DNA of 64,000 nucleotides, from positions 520-64,519 of the forward strand of contig JBJTAV010000151.1 in assembly GCA_046091005.1 (NCBI GenBank), read 5' to 3'. The notes beneath the pieces were generated by a model. That model searched no databases, was not told the origin of the DNA, and saw only the letters and a list, made by a program, of their open reading frames with translations. Source of the DNA: Gammaproteobacteria bacterium. Lineage in GTDB: Bacteria > Pseudomonadota > Gammaproteobacteria > Steroidobacterales > Steroidobacteraceae. The translations under genes and the position numbers were made by a program. Positions 19,431-28,792 of the stretch are shown piece by piece (positions within the stretch are counted from its first letter, which is position 1; every line of letters starts with the position of its first letter).

Positions 19431-20669
19431 TTGTCTGCTTCAAATCCCTCGAGAGATCACTCGAGCCTGCCCGAGCTGCGACTGCGTCGTGGCGAAGACA
19501 GGCGTCTGCGCGCCGGGCACCTGTGGGTGTTCAGCAATGAAATCGATGTCGCGGCGACACCGCTTGCGAGTTTCGAGCCCGGTGCCCAGGTCCGCGTAGT
19601 CAGCGATCGGGGTCAGTCACTCGGTGTGGCCTATCTCAATCCGGCGACGCTGATCGCCGCACGCATCTTGGCGCGCGACGCCGACCGTCCGCTCGGCCGC
19701 AAATGGCTGGCGGAGCGGCTCCGACAGGCGCTTGCCTTGCGCGAGAGTTGTTCGCAGAGCGCGCATTACCGGTGGGTCTTTGGCGAATCCGATGGGCTGC
19801 CCGGATTGGTGCTCGATCGCTATGGCGACATCGTCGTGGGACAAATCGCGACCTTGGGCATGGAGCGTCTGCAGGCCGAGATCGAGGCTGCGATCCGCGA
19901 TGTGCTGAATCCGGCCGTGCTGCTGTGGAAGAACGACTCCGGGGCGCGCGCGCTCGAAGGTTTGCCGGAGCGTGTGCAACTTGCCTGGGGCGAGCTGCCC
20001 GAGCAGGTCTCGGTGTTCGAGCATTTGCCTGCAGGGTCGACCCTGAAATTCGCGGTTGATCTTGCCGGCGGTCAAAAGACGGGCTGGTTCTTCGATCAGA
20101 CCTTCAACCGCAGCTTGTTGCCGCGATTTCTTCGAGCTGGAGCGCGCGTGCTCGATGTCTGCAGCTACGCCGGCGGTTGGGCGACTACGGCGGCCGCCGC
20201 AGGTGCTCGAGACGTCGGCTGTGTCGATTCTTCCGCCTCGGCGCTCGCGCTGGCGGCGCGTAATGTCAGCGCCAACACCGCACTGACGGCAGTGCTGCAT
20301 CGGGGTGATGCATTCGATGTGCTTGCGGCGCTCGCGGAAGCCGGCGAGCGCTACGACGCGGTGATCGTCGATCCGCCCGCTTTCATCAAGCGGCGCAAGG
20401 AGATTCCGCAGGGTCAGGCCGCCTATCGCAAGCTGAATCAGCTTGCCCTGCGTGTGCTCGAGCCCGGCGGTTTGCTGGTGTCCTGCTCGTGCTCCCATCA
20501 CCTCGGCGGTGACGATCTGCTCGCCGCCATTCAGGGCGCGGCGCGGCACGTCGATCGTTTCGTGCAGGTGCTGCACGAGGGCGGGCAGTCGCCCGATCAT
20601 CCGCGTCATCCGGCTATTCCCGAGACGCGTTACCTCAAGGCGTTTTTCTGCCGCGTGTCGCGCGGCTAG
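19431..20669 (+). CDS. rlmI: Class I SAM-dependent rRNA (cytosine-C5) methyltransferase, RlmI-like
   Basis: N-terminal PUA-like LRRGEDRRLRAGHLWVFSNEI and MTase motif IV VIVDPPAFIK. TTG start, so the exact start is uncertain. Confidence 0.75.
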   Translation: MSASNPSRDHSSLPELRLRRGEDRRLRAGHLWVFSNEIDVAATPLASFEPGAQVRVVSDRGQSLGVAYLNPATLIAARILARDADRPLGRKWLAERLRQALALRESCSQSAHYRWVFGESDGLPGLVLDRYGDIVVGQIATLGMERLQAEIEAAIRDVLNPAVLLWKNDSGARALEGLPERVQLAWGELPEQVSVFEHLPAGSTLKFAVDLAGGQKTGWFFDQTFNRSLLPRFLRAGARVLDVCSYAGGWATTAAAAGARDVGCVDSSASALALAARNVSANTALTAVLHRGDAFDVLAALAEAGERYDAVIVDPPAFIKRRKEIPQGQAAYRKLNQLALRVLEPGGLLVSCSCSHHLGGDDLLAAIQGAARHVDRFVQVLHEGGQSPDHPRHPAIPETRYLKAFFCRVSRG

Positions 20670-20686
20670 AAGCTAGAATTCGGCCG

Positions 20687-21514
20687 ATGATCGCCTATCC
20701 CGGCTTCGATCCCGTCGCTTTCGAACTCGGCCCCTACAAGGTGCGCTGGTACGGCATCACCTATCTCGTGGCTTTTGCGGCGGCGTGGTGGCTGGCTCGC
20801 CGTCGAGCGGCGCTGCCCGGCTCGACCTGGAAACCGCTCGATGTTGATGACTTTCTTTTTTACACCATGCTCGGTGTGATCTTTGGCGGTCGCATCGGCT
20901 ATGTGCTTTTTTATGGCCTTGAGTATTGGCAGCAAGATCTCTGGTATCCGCTGCGCATCACCGAAGGTGGCATGTCATTTCATGGTGGCCTGATCGGTGT
21001 GCTGGTCGCGCTCGCGGTATTCGCCGTGCGTCGCGGTCGGCAGATCGCCGACGTGTTCGACTTCGCCGCCGCGCTGCCTGGACTCGGGATTTTCTCGGTG
21101 CGCGTCGGCAACTTCATCAATGGTGAACTTTGGGGCAAGCCCGCCGAGCTCCCGTGGACGATGATGGTCGATGGCGTGGCGCGACACCCGACACAGCTTT
21201 ACGAGGCGGCGCTCGAAGGCCTGCTGCTCGCCGCAGTGCTCTGGTGGTTCACGAGTCGTGATCGACCGCGTCTCGCGCCCTCGGGGCTATTTTTGGTGAT
21301 GTACTCACTTGGCCGTTTGACCGTGGAATTTTGGCGACTGCCCGATGCACACATCGGCTATCTCGCAGGCGGCTGGCTCACCATGGGGCATTTGTTGACG
21401 CTGCCGATGCTGCTCGCTGGCATCGCACTGCTGGTGATTGCGTATCGTCGCAACGAGAGCTCTGGTAATCGGGCCCCGGGCAACCCGACCGCGGGCGATC
21501 GCCAGAGCGCATGA
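20687..21514 (+). CDS. lgt: Prolipoprotein diacylglyceryl transferase
   Basis: Motifs [20 protein letters not shown] and HPTQLYEA. Confidence 0.95.
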   Translation: MIAYPGFDPVAFELGPYKVRWYGITYLVAFAAAWWLARRRAALPGSTWKPLDVDDFLFYTMLGVIFGGRIGYVLFYGLEYWQQDLWYPLRITEGGMSFHGGLIGVLVALAVFAVRRGRQIADVFDFAAALPGLGIFSVRVGNFINGELWGKPAELPWTMMVDGVARHPTQLYEAALEGLLLAAVLWWFTSRDRPRLAPSGLFLVMYSLGRLTVEFWRLPDAHIGYLAGGWLTMGHLLTLPMLLAGIALLVIAYRRNESSGNRAPGNPTAGDRQSA

Positions 21515-22305
21515 AGCAGTACCACGATCTCATGGCGCAGGTGCGCGAGCAGGGTACCCGCAAGACTGATCGGACGGGTACGGGCACGCTGTCGGTGTTC
21601 GGCTATCAGATGCGCTTCGATTTGCGTGCCGGCTTTCCGCTCGTCACCACCAAAAAAATTCATCTCAAATCGGTAGTGCATGAACTTTTGTGGTTCCTGC
21701 GCGGCGATACCAACACTGCCTATTTGCGCGAGCATGGCGTCAGCATTTGGGATGAATGGGCCGATGCTGACGGCAATCTCGGGCCGGTATACGGCAAGCA
21801 GTGGCGTTCGTGGCCGACGCCGGACGGCGGCAGCATCGATCAAATGTCCGAAGTGCTGCGCCAACTGCGCAGCCAACCCGACTCGCGGCGCATCATCGTC
21901 AGTGCCTGGAACGTGGGCGAGCTCTCGCAAATGGCGCTCCTGCCCTGCCACGCGTTCTTCCAGTTTTACGTGGCTGACGGTCGGCTGTCTTGCCAGCTCT
22001 ATCAGCGCAGCGCCGACATCTTTCTCGGCGTGCCGTTCAACATTGCCTCGTACGCGTTGCTCACGCACATGGTGGCGCAGCAGTGTGATCTCGGGGTCGG
22101 CGACTTCGTCTGGACAGGCGGCGATTGCCATCTCTATCTCAATCACCTCGAACAAGTCGATTTGCAGTTGTCACGCGAGCCCTTGCCGCTGCCCGAGCTC
22201 CTGATCCATCGACGTCCGGCGAGCTTGTTCGACTATTCCTACGACGATTTCGAGTTCCGCAATTACCAGCATCACCCAGCCATCCGCGCGCCGGTCGCGG
22301 TTTGA
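21511..22305 (+). CDS. thyA: Thymidylate synthase (ThyA)
   Basis: ATGA overlap with lgt. Motifs [18 protein letters not shown] (catalytic Cys) and [18 protein letters not shown]. Confidence 0.97.
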   Translation: MKQYHDLMAQVREQGTRKTDRTGTGTLSVFGYQMRFDLRAGFPLVTTKKIHLKSVVHELLWFLRGDTNTAYLREHGVSIWDEWADADGNLGPVYGKQWRSWPTPDGGSIDQMSEVLRQLRSQPDSRRIIVSAWNVGELSQMALLPCHAFFQFYVADGRLSCQLYQRSADIFLGVPFNIASYALLTHMVAQQCDLGVGDFVWTGGDCHLYLNHLEQVDLQLSREPLPLPELLIHRRPASLFDYSYDDFEFRNYQHHPAIRAPVAV

Positions 22306-22316
22306 AGGAGACGATA

Positions 22317-22847
22317 GTGGCGATACCCGAGATGCGCACCAGCGCATGGATCAAAGTCCGCAATTCCCGCATCCATGGCAAGGGCGTATTCGCCGCCAAG
22401 CGCATCCCCAAGGGGACGCGGGTGATCGAATATCTCGGTGAGCGCGTCACGCACAAGGAAGCCGACGAGCGTTACGAGGATCACGATCCGAACGACAATC
22501 ACACCTTTCTCTTCATCGTCGACAACAAAACGGTGATCGACGCGGGTGTCGGCGGCAACGCTGCTCGCTTCATCAATCATTCCTGCGATGGCAACTGCGA
22601 GTCGGTGATCGAGTCGCGGCGGGTGTTCATCGAGACGACCCGCGAGATCGAAAAGGGCGAGGAGCTCGGCTACGACTACGAGATCGGTCGCGAGAAAGAA
22701 GATCCCCTGAATGTCGATGAGATCTATGCCTGCCGCTGTGGTTCGCCGAAGTGCCGCGGCACCATGCTCTGGCCGGCCGAAGATCCGCGCAAAAAGAAAA
22801 AGCGCCGCAAAGTCGCAAAGAAATCGGCAGCCAAGCGCCGGCGATGA
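22317..22847 (+). CDS. SET-domain protein-lysine N-methyltransferase with post-SET Cys cluster and poly-basic C-terminal tail
   Basis: AAGGAG at 22305-22310 sits 6 nt before the GTG at 22317; the alternative is the ATG at 22332. Motifs RFINHSCDGN, GEELGYDY and CRCGSPKCRG, with tail DPRKKKKRRKVAKKSAAKRRR. Confidence 0.8.
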   Translation: MAIPEMRTSAWIKVRNSRIHGKGVFAAKRIPKGTRVIEYLGERVTHKEADERYEDHDPNDNHTFLFIVDNKTVIDAGVGGNAARFINHSCDGNCESVIESRRVFIETTREIEKGEELGYDYEIGREKEDPLNVDEIYACRCGSPKCRGTMLWPAEDPRKKKKRRKVAKKSAAKRRR

Positions 22848-23350
22848 ATGCGCGCCGGCCGCGCCTCGTGCTGGTGGTCGCCGTTGCCGCAAACGGCGTA
22901 ATCGGTCGCGAGGGCGGCTTGCCGTGGCGGCTGTCGGCCGACTTGCGGCGATTCAAACACATCACGCTCGGCAAGCCGGTGGTCATGGGTCGCAAGACCT
23001 GGGAATCCATCGGCAAGCCGCTGCCGGGGCGTCACAATATCGTCGTCACGCGTCGCCGCGATTTTCATGTTGAAGATGCTGCCGTCACCGTGGTTCACGA
23101 TCTCGATGGCGCGCTGGCCGCGGCGGGTGACGTCGAAGAGGTCATGATCATTGGCGGCGCCGAGATCTATGCGCTCTCGCTGCCACGAGCAAAGATTGTC
23201 GAACTGACCCGCGTACATGCCGATATCGCAGGCGATACCCGTTTGCCCGAGTTTTCGGCGGCAGACTGGCAGGAGATCGCGCGCAGCGAGCACCCGGCCG
23301 ATGAGCGCAACGATTACCCGATGAGCTTCATCACGTTGCAGCGGCGTTGA
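22844..23350 (+). CDS. folA: Dihydrofolate reductase
   Basis: ATGA overlap with the SET gene stop. NGVIGREGGLPWRLSADLRRFKHITLGKPVVMGRKTWESIG. Confidence 0.9.
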   Translation: MNARRPRLVLVVAVAANGVIGREGGLPWRLSADLRRFKHITLGKPVVMGRKTWESIGKPLPGRHNIVVTRRRDFHVEDAAVTVVHDLDGALAAAGDVEEVMIIGGAEIYALSLPRAKIVELTRVHADIAGDTRLPEFSAADWQEIARSEHPADERNDYPMSFITLQRR

Positions 23351-23353
23351 GTC

Positions 23354-24883
23354 TCAGCGAGCGCGGGTCTTGATCGCTCCCGCTGCAATTTTTTGGCTCC
23401 ATTCCGCAGGACCGCTCTGGTGCACCGAGGTACCAGTCGCATCGACGGCAACCGTCACCGGCATATCTTTGACCTCGAATTCATAGATGGCTTCCATGCC
23501 GAGGTCTTCGAAGGCGACGACGCGCGAGGCCTTGATGGCCTTGGAGACGAGATAGGCGGCGCCACCCACGGCCATGAGATAGGCGGCCTTGTGCTTGCGG
23601 ATGGCTTCGATGCCGACCGGGCCGCGCTCGGCCTTGCCGATCATGGCGATGAGGCCGGTGTTGGCGAGCATCATCTCGGTGAATTTATCCATGCGCGTTG
23701 CGGTCGTCGGGCCCGCCGGACCCACGACTTCGTCGCGCACCGGATCGACCGGTCCCACGTAATAGATGACGCGATTGCGGAAGTCGACGCCGGACGGCAA
23801 GCCCTGTCCGCTTGCGAAAAGATCGGCGATGCGTTTGTGTGCTGCATCGCGCCCGGTGAGCATCTTGCCGTTGAGCAGCAAGCGATCGCCCGGTTTCCAC
23901 GAGGCAACCTGCTGCGGCGTAAGGGTGTCGAGATCGACACGCAGTGCTTCGGCAGAGGGTTTCCAGTCGACCTTGGGCCAGCGCGACAGATCAGGAGCCT
24001 CGAGTTTTGCCGGACCAGAGCCATCGAGCGTGAAGTGCACGTGCCGTGTGGCGGCACAGTTCGGAATCATGGCTACCGGCTTCGAGGCGGCGTGTGTCGG
24101 GTAGTCGAGAATTTTGACATCGAGCACGGTCGCCAGTCCGCCGAGACCCTGAGCACCGATGCCAAGCGCGTTGACCTTGTCGTGCAGCTCGACACGCAGT
24201 TCCTCGATCGGCGTACGTGGGCCGCGCGCCTTGAGCTCGGCCATATCGATGGGATCCATCAAAGACTCTTTGGCGAGCAGCATGGCTTTTTCGGCTGAGC
24301 CGCCGATGCCGATACCGAGCATGCCGGGCGGGCACCAGCCAGCGCCCATCGTGGGCACGGTCTTGAGCACCCAGTCGACCAAAGAATCGCTGGGATTCAG
24401 CATGACGAATTTCGATTTGTTCTCGGAGCCACCGCCCTTGGCAGAGACCGTGATTTCGACCTGATCGCCAGGGACCATCTCGACGTGGGTCACCGCCGGA
24501 GTATTGTCGCGGGTGTTTTTGCGCGTGAAGGCAGGGTCGGCGACGATCGAGGCCCGCAGCGTGTTGTCAGGATCGAGATACGCGCGACGCACGCCTTCGT
24601 TGATCATTTCTTCGAGCGTGAGCGTGGTTTCCCACCGCACGTTCATGCCGACTTTGACGAAGGCAACCACGATGCCCGTGTCTTGGCAGATTGGGCGATG
24701 GCCCTCGGCGCACATGCGCGAGTTGGTGAGAATCTGCGCGATCGCATCTTTGGCGGCAGGCGATTCTTCGAGCTCGTAGGCGCGGCCAAGCGACTCGATG
24801 TAATCCATCGGATGGTAATAAGAAATGTACTGCAGAGCGTCGGCAACGCTCGCGATCACATCCTGCTGCTTGATGATGCTCAT
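23354..24883 (-). CDS. fumA: Class I (Fe-S) fumarate hydratase
   Basis: 509 aa. Motifs CQDTGI, KGGGSENKSK and GKAERG, with fused alpha and beta domains. Confidence 0.93.
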   Translation of the reverse strand: MSIIKQQDVIASVADALQYISYYHPMDYIESLGRAYELEESPAAKDAIAQILTNSRMCAEGHRPICQDTGIVVAFVKVGMNVRWETTLTLEEMINEGVRRAYLDPDNTLRASIVADPAFTRKNTRDNTPAVTHVEMVPGDQVEITVSAKGGGSENKSKFVMLNPSDSLVDWVLKTVPTMGAGWCPPGMLGIGIGGSAEKAMLLAKESLMDPIDMAELKARGPRTPIEELRVELHDKVNALGIGAQGLGGLATVLDVKILDYPTHAASKPVAMIPNCAATRHVHFTLDGSGPAKLEAPDLSRWPKVDWKPSAEALRVDLDTLTPQQVASWKPGDRLLLNGKMLTGRDAAHKRIADLFASGQGLPSGVDFRNRVIYYVGPVDPVRDEVVGPAGPTTATRMDKFTEMMLANTGLIAMIGKAERGPVGIEAIRKHKAAYLMAVGGAAYLVSKAIKASRVVAFEDLGMEAIYEFEVKDMPVTVAVDATGTSVHQSGPAEWSQKIAAGAIKTRAR

Positions 24884-24887
24884 GGTG

Positions 24888-25721
24888 TTACTCGTTGCTG
24901 GTTATCGGCATTTTACCTTTGGTGGCGCAGGGCTGTGACCAGCGTTCCGGGCCATCGAGCGAGGCCGCGCTGAGTGCGCCGCCCCAGACGCAGCCCGTGT
25001 CGAGCGCAAGAAGCTCAGCGCGGTCGACGAGGCCAAGCGTAGACCAGTGGCCGGTGACGAGCCGAACGCCCCGGGTTCGCCGCGTCGGCACCTCGAACCA
25101 GGGCATCCACCCTGCGTCCTGCGAGCCCGGAGCCCCTTTCATTTTGAGATCGATGCGACCATCTGCCCGGCAAAAGCGCAGTCGGGTCAGCACGTTAATG
25201 ATGAAGCGCAGCCGATCGCTGCCGTCGAGCTCATCACGCCAGCAGTCGGGTTTGTTGCCGTACATGACATCGAACAGTGCTTGCGGATTGGCTTGCAGCG
25301 CATGCTCGACTTCGCGGGCGTACTGCAACACTTCGTCGGCGCTCCATTGCGGCACCACGCCAGCGTGCAGCATGAGATCCGACCCTTCGCGCACCGCAAG
25401 CGGCTGCCTCAGCAGCCACTCGAGCAACGCGTGTCGATCGGCTGCACTCAGTACATCGTCGAGCGTGTCGTCTTCGCGCAATTTTTGCCGACTACCGAAG
25501 GCCACGGCCAGCAGATGCAGATCGTGGTTGCCGAGTACTACGCGCGCGTTGGCGCCGAGTGCGCGCACGAAGCGCAGCACGCCAAGGGAGTCGGGACCAC
25601 GATTGACGAGATCGCCCACGAACCAGAGTTGATCGCGATCGGCACTGAAGCGGATATCTTTGAGAAGTTGCTGCAGTTCAGTGAGGCAACCCTGCAGATC
25701 GCCGATCGCAATCCGCGCCAC
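24888..25721 (-). CDS. apaH: Bis(5'-nucleosyl)-tetraphosphatase, symmetrical
   Basis: Metallophosphatase motifs IGDLQGC, FVGDLVNRGPDS and GNHDLHLL. Confidence 0.9.
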   Translation of the reverse strand: MARIAIGDLQGCLTELQQLLKDIRFSADRDQLWFVGDLVNRGPDSLGVLRFVRALGANARVVLGNHDLHLLAVAFGSRQKLREDDTLDDVLSAADRHALLEWLLRQPLAVREGSDLMLHAGVVPQWSADEVLQYAREVEHALQANPQALFDVMYGNKPDCWRDELDGSDRLRFIINVLTRLRFCRADGRIDLKMKGAPGSQDAGWMPWFEVPTRRTRGVRLVTGHWSTLGLVDRAELLALDTGCVWGGALSAASLDGPERWSQPCATKGKMPITSNE

Positions 25722-26495
25722 TCAGTTCGCCTCGACGGCTGCGGCGAGAGCTGCGAACTCTGCGGGTGAGAGCGTTTCGGGACGCGCGCCGGGATCGATG
25801 CCGCAGGAGGCGATTTTCTCGGCATCCAGGAGTGATCGCAGGGCGTTGCGCAGCGTCTTGCGGCGCTGCGAAAAAGCCGCCGACACGGCTCGTGCATAGC
25901 GCGCATCCACCGGAAATGCGGGTGTTTGTCGCATGCGGAGTCTGGCCACCGCCGACCACACTTGGGGCACAGGTCGGAACGCTCCCGGACCGACATCAAA
26001 CAAATGCTCGGCGATGACCCACGGCGCGAGCATCACGGTGAGGCGTCCGTACTCGCCGCTGCCCGGGGCCGCGCAAATGCGCTCGATCACCTCGCGCTGC
26101 AGCATGATGTGCAGATCGATGATCGAAGATCTGGCCTCCAGCAAATGAAAGAGCAGGGGTGTCGAGACGTTGTAGGGCAAATTGCCGATGACGCGCAGGC
26201 GCCTGCCACGGCTCGCCGCCAGCGCCGCGAAGTCGAATTTCAGCGCATCGGCTTCATGCAGCGTGAGGCCACGACCCGCGAGTCGCTGCCGCAGTTCGGC
26301 TGCCAGATCGCGATCGATTTCGATGGCATCGAGTGCGCTGCAATGTTCGAGCAGGGGTTCGGTGAGTGCGCCGCGACCCGGGCCGATCTCGACCAGTGCT
26401 TCATCAGGCTGCGGATTGATCGCTTCGATGATGTGCGCGATCACCTGCGGGTCGTGCAGGAAGTTTTGACCAAAGCGCTTGCGGGCAAAGACCAA
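25722..26495 (-). CDS. rsmA: 16S rRNA (adenine1518/1519-N6)-dimethyltransferase
   Basis: Motifs KRFGQNFL, VEIGPGRGALT and IGNLPYNVSTP. Confidence 0.95.
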   Translation of the reverse strand: MVFARKRFGQNFLHDPQVIAHIIEAINPQPDEALVEIGPGRGALTEPLLEHCSALDAIEIDRDLAAELRQRLAGRGLTLHEADALKFDFAALAASRGRRLRVIGNLPYNVSTPLLFHLLEARSSIIDLHIMLQREVIERICAAPGSGEYGRLTVMLAPWVIAEHLFDVGPGAFRPVPQVWSAVARLRMRQTPAFPVDARYARAVSAAFSQRRKTLRNALRSLLDAEKIASCGIDPGARPETLSPAEFAALAAAVEAN

Positions 26496-26503
26496 TGCGC
26501 GTC

Positions 26504-27469
26504 TCAGTGCTTCGCAGCGCGGCGACGCTGCACGAGATCGATCGCCAGTTCGACTGCCGCGCGCAGACTGCCGACATCGGCGCGGCCGCTGCCGGCGAGC
26601 GAAAGCGCGGTGCCGTGATCCACCGAGGTGCGAATCACCGGCAGACCCAGCGTGACGTTGACCGCAGCCCCAAAGCCCGCGTGCTTGAGCACCGGCAGTC
26701 CCTGATCATGAAACATGGCGAGATACGCGTCGGCCTTGGCCATCTCGCGCGGCACGAAGGCCGTATCGGCGGGCACGGGGCCAAAAGCCTGGATGCCGGC
26801 GGCGCGTGCGGCTTCGATCGCCGGCGCGATTTCGCGCAGATCTTCATCGCCCAAGAGTCCGTTCTCCCCCGCATGCGGGTTGAGCCCGCAAACGGCGATG
26901 CGTGGCTCGGCGATCCCGAAAGCGCTCTTCAGGTCTTGATGCATGATGCGCAGGATGTCGAGCAGCATCGGGGCTTTGATCGCATCGGCTACGCGGCGCA
27001 GTGGCAGATGCGTGGTGGCAAGCGCCACGCGCAACTCGCCTGCGACCAGCAGCATCACGGGCTTGGGTACGCCGCAGCGCTCGGCGAAATATTCGGTGTG
27101 CCCGGAAAAGGCCACACCCGATTCCGCGATCACGCTTTTTTGGACCGGCGCAGTGACCATGGCATCGAACTCGCCGCTGCGCACGCCATCGAGCGCGTCA
27201 TTGAGCAGGCGCAGGACGTAGGGCGAATTGCGTACATCGGGTTCGCCCGCCACGCAGGGCGTGGCGAGCGGTCGATGCAAAACTTTGAGCTGGTCAAGTC
27301 GAGAGCCAGCGGGTGCCCGCGTCTCGAGTAGCTCGCGATCGACCAAGCAGCTGATCTCGCAGGGCGGCAGGGCTGCGTGGGTCAGTTGCGCACAGAGCTC
27401 CGGGCCGATGCCTGCGGGCTCGCCCGAGGTAATGACGATGCGCGGTCGATCAGGTCTTGATGTCGACAT
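26504..27469 (-). CDS. pdxA: 4-hydroxythreonine-4-phosphate dehydrogenase
   Basis: ORF 26504..27874 trimmed to the ATG at 27469 ([24 protein letters not shown]...). Motifs [14 protein letters not shown] and TSVDHGTA. 20-nt overlap with the surA 3' end. Confidence 0.93.
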   Translation of the reverse strand: MSTSRPDRPRIVITSGEPAGIGPELCAQLTHAALPPCEISCLVDRELLETRAPAGSRLDQLKVLHRPLATPCVAGEPDVRNSPYVLRLLNDALDGVRSGEFDAMVTAPVQKSVIAESGVAFSGHTEYFAERCGVPKPVMLLVAGELRVALATTHLPLRRVADAIKAPMLLDILRIMHQDLKSAFGIAEPRIAVCGLNPHAGENGLLGDEDLREIAPAIEAARAAGIQAFGPVPADTAFVPREMAKADAYLAMFHDQGLPVLKHAGFGAAVNVTLGLPVIRTSVDHGTALSLAGSGRADVGSLRAAVELAIDLVQRRRAAKH

Positions 27470-28766
27470 ACGCCTCGTCGCGCAGCCGACGCAGCCAGAG
27501 TTCGGTTTCTTCGTCTGCCTTGCTCTCGCGCAACTGCAGGAAGGCGCGTTGACGACGTAGTTCGTCCGTGTTGTCGAACTGACGACGCCCGAGCAGCTGC
27601 ACGATATGCCAGCCGAACTGAGTGCGGAACGGCTCGCTGATTTCATTGACCGCGAGCTTGCCGAGGGCAGCGTCGAATTCGGGGACGAAGGTGCCCGGAG
27701 CAGTCCAACCGAGATCGCCACCCTCGGCGGCGGAGCCTGGATCTTCGGAGAGCGTTTTGGCAAGCACTGCGAAGTCTTCGCCGGCATCGATACGCCCGCG
27801 TGCGTCCACGAGACGTTGACGCACGGTGGCGTCGTCCTGGATTTCGGTGGGCTTGAGCAGAATATGCCGCGCATGGGTCTGTTCGATCACGACCTGTTGA
27901 TCGGCACCGCGGATTTCATTGAGGCGCACGAGGTGATAACCGGACGGCGTGCGCAGTGGCTGACTGATCTCACCCGGCTTGAGGCCGACGACGAGATCGG
28001 CGAGCACTGTCGGGATTTCGGGACCGCGACGCCAACCGAGCGCACCACCTTCGAGTGCAGTCTGGCTGTTCGAATAGGCGACTGCCAATCGCGCGAAATC
28101 TTCACCCGACTTGGCGCGATCGAACACGTCCTGCGCGCGTTTGGCCGCGTCGTCGAGTTGCGTCGGCGAGGCGTCTTGCGGCACGGCGATGAGAATATGC
28201 GAGATGTTATATTCGTTGAGCTCGGACGGGCGCGACTTCTGCTTCTCGAGGAACTGGTCGAGTTCGCGCGGCGAAACATTGATGCGCTGGATGACGTCGC
28301 GCTGTTGCAGCACCTGCAAGGTCATCTCGCGGCGGATGTTCTCGCGGTACATGCCGTAGTCGATGCCTTGCTGCGCGAGCGCGGATGGCAAGTTCGCCAG
28401 ATCGAGACCATTGCGCTGCGCTACATCAGCGAGCGCCTGGTTGAGAGCCTCGTCACTGATGCGGATGCTCGCGCGTTGCGCACGTTGCATCTGGATCTCT
28501 TGCACGATGAGTCGCTCGAGCACCTGCTGTCGCAGCACGGCTGCGGGCGGCATTTCGAGGCCCTGTGCTTTGAGCCGCTCGCTGACCAGAAGGATCTGCT
28601 CTTCGAGTTCGGTGGCGAGGACCACACCGTCATTCACTACGGCAGCCACCCGATCGAGCATGACGCCGCGATCCGAGAGCGAGCGCTGTGCGATGGCGGG
28701 TGCTGTGGTTGCGAGCACCAACACGGCAGCGACGAAAAGGCGAACGGCAGGCAGGCGATGGATCAT
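27450..28766 (-). CDS. surA: Periplasmic chaperone / peptidyl-prolyl isomerase SurA
   Basis: ORF trimmed to the ATG at 28766 ([27 protein letters not shown] signal peptide). Two parvulin-like repeats (GGALGW.. and GGDLGW..). Confidence 0.9.
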   Translation of the reverse strand: MIHRLPAVRLFVAAVLVLATTAPAIAQRSLSDRGVMLDRVAAVVNDGVVLATELEEQILLVSERLKAQGLEMPPAAVLRQQVLERLIVQEIQMQRAQRASIRISDEALNQALADVAQRNGLDLANLPSALAQQGIDYGMYRENIRREMTLQVLQQRDVIQRINVSPRELDQFLEKQKSRPSELNEYNISHILIAVPQDASPTQLDDAAKRAQDVFDRAKSGEDFARLAVAYSNSQTALEGGALGWRRGPEIPTVLADLVVGLKPGEISQPLRTPSGYHLVRLNEIRGADQQVVIEQTHARHILLKPTEIQDDATVRQRLVDARGRIDAGEDFAVLAKTLSEDPGSAAEGGDLGWTAPGTFVPEFDAALGKLAVNEISEPFRTQFGWHIVQLLGRRQFDNTDELRRQRAFLQLRESKADEETELWLRRLRDEAYVDIKT

Positions 28767-28792
28767 GGTCTGAACCTGAAAATCTAGGGAAG

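Noticed and set aside
22125-22316. In-frame upstream extension of the SET ORF overlapping the thyA 3' end
   Set aside because: It overlaps conserved thyA coding sequence in another frame. A strong ribosome-binding site and start (AAGGAG then the GTG at 22317) follow the thyA stop.
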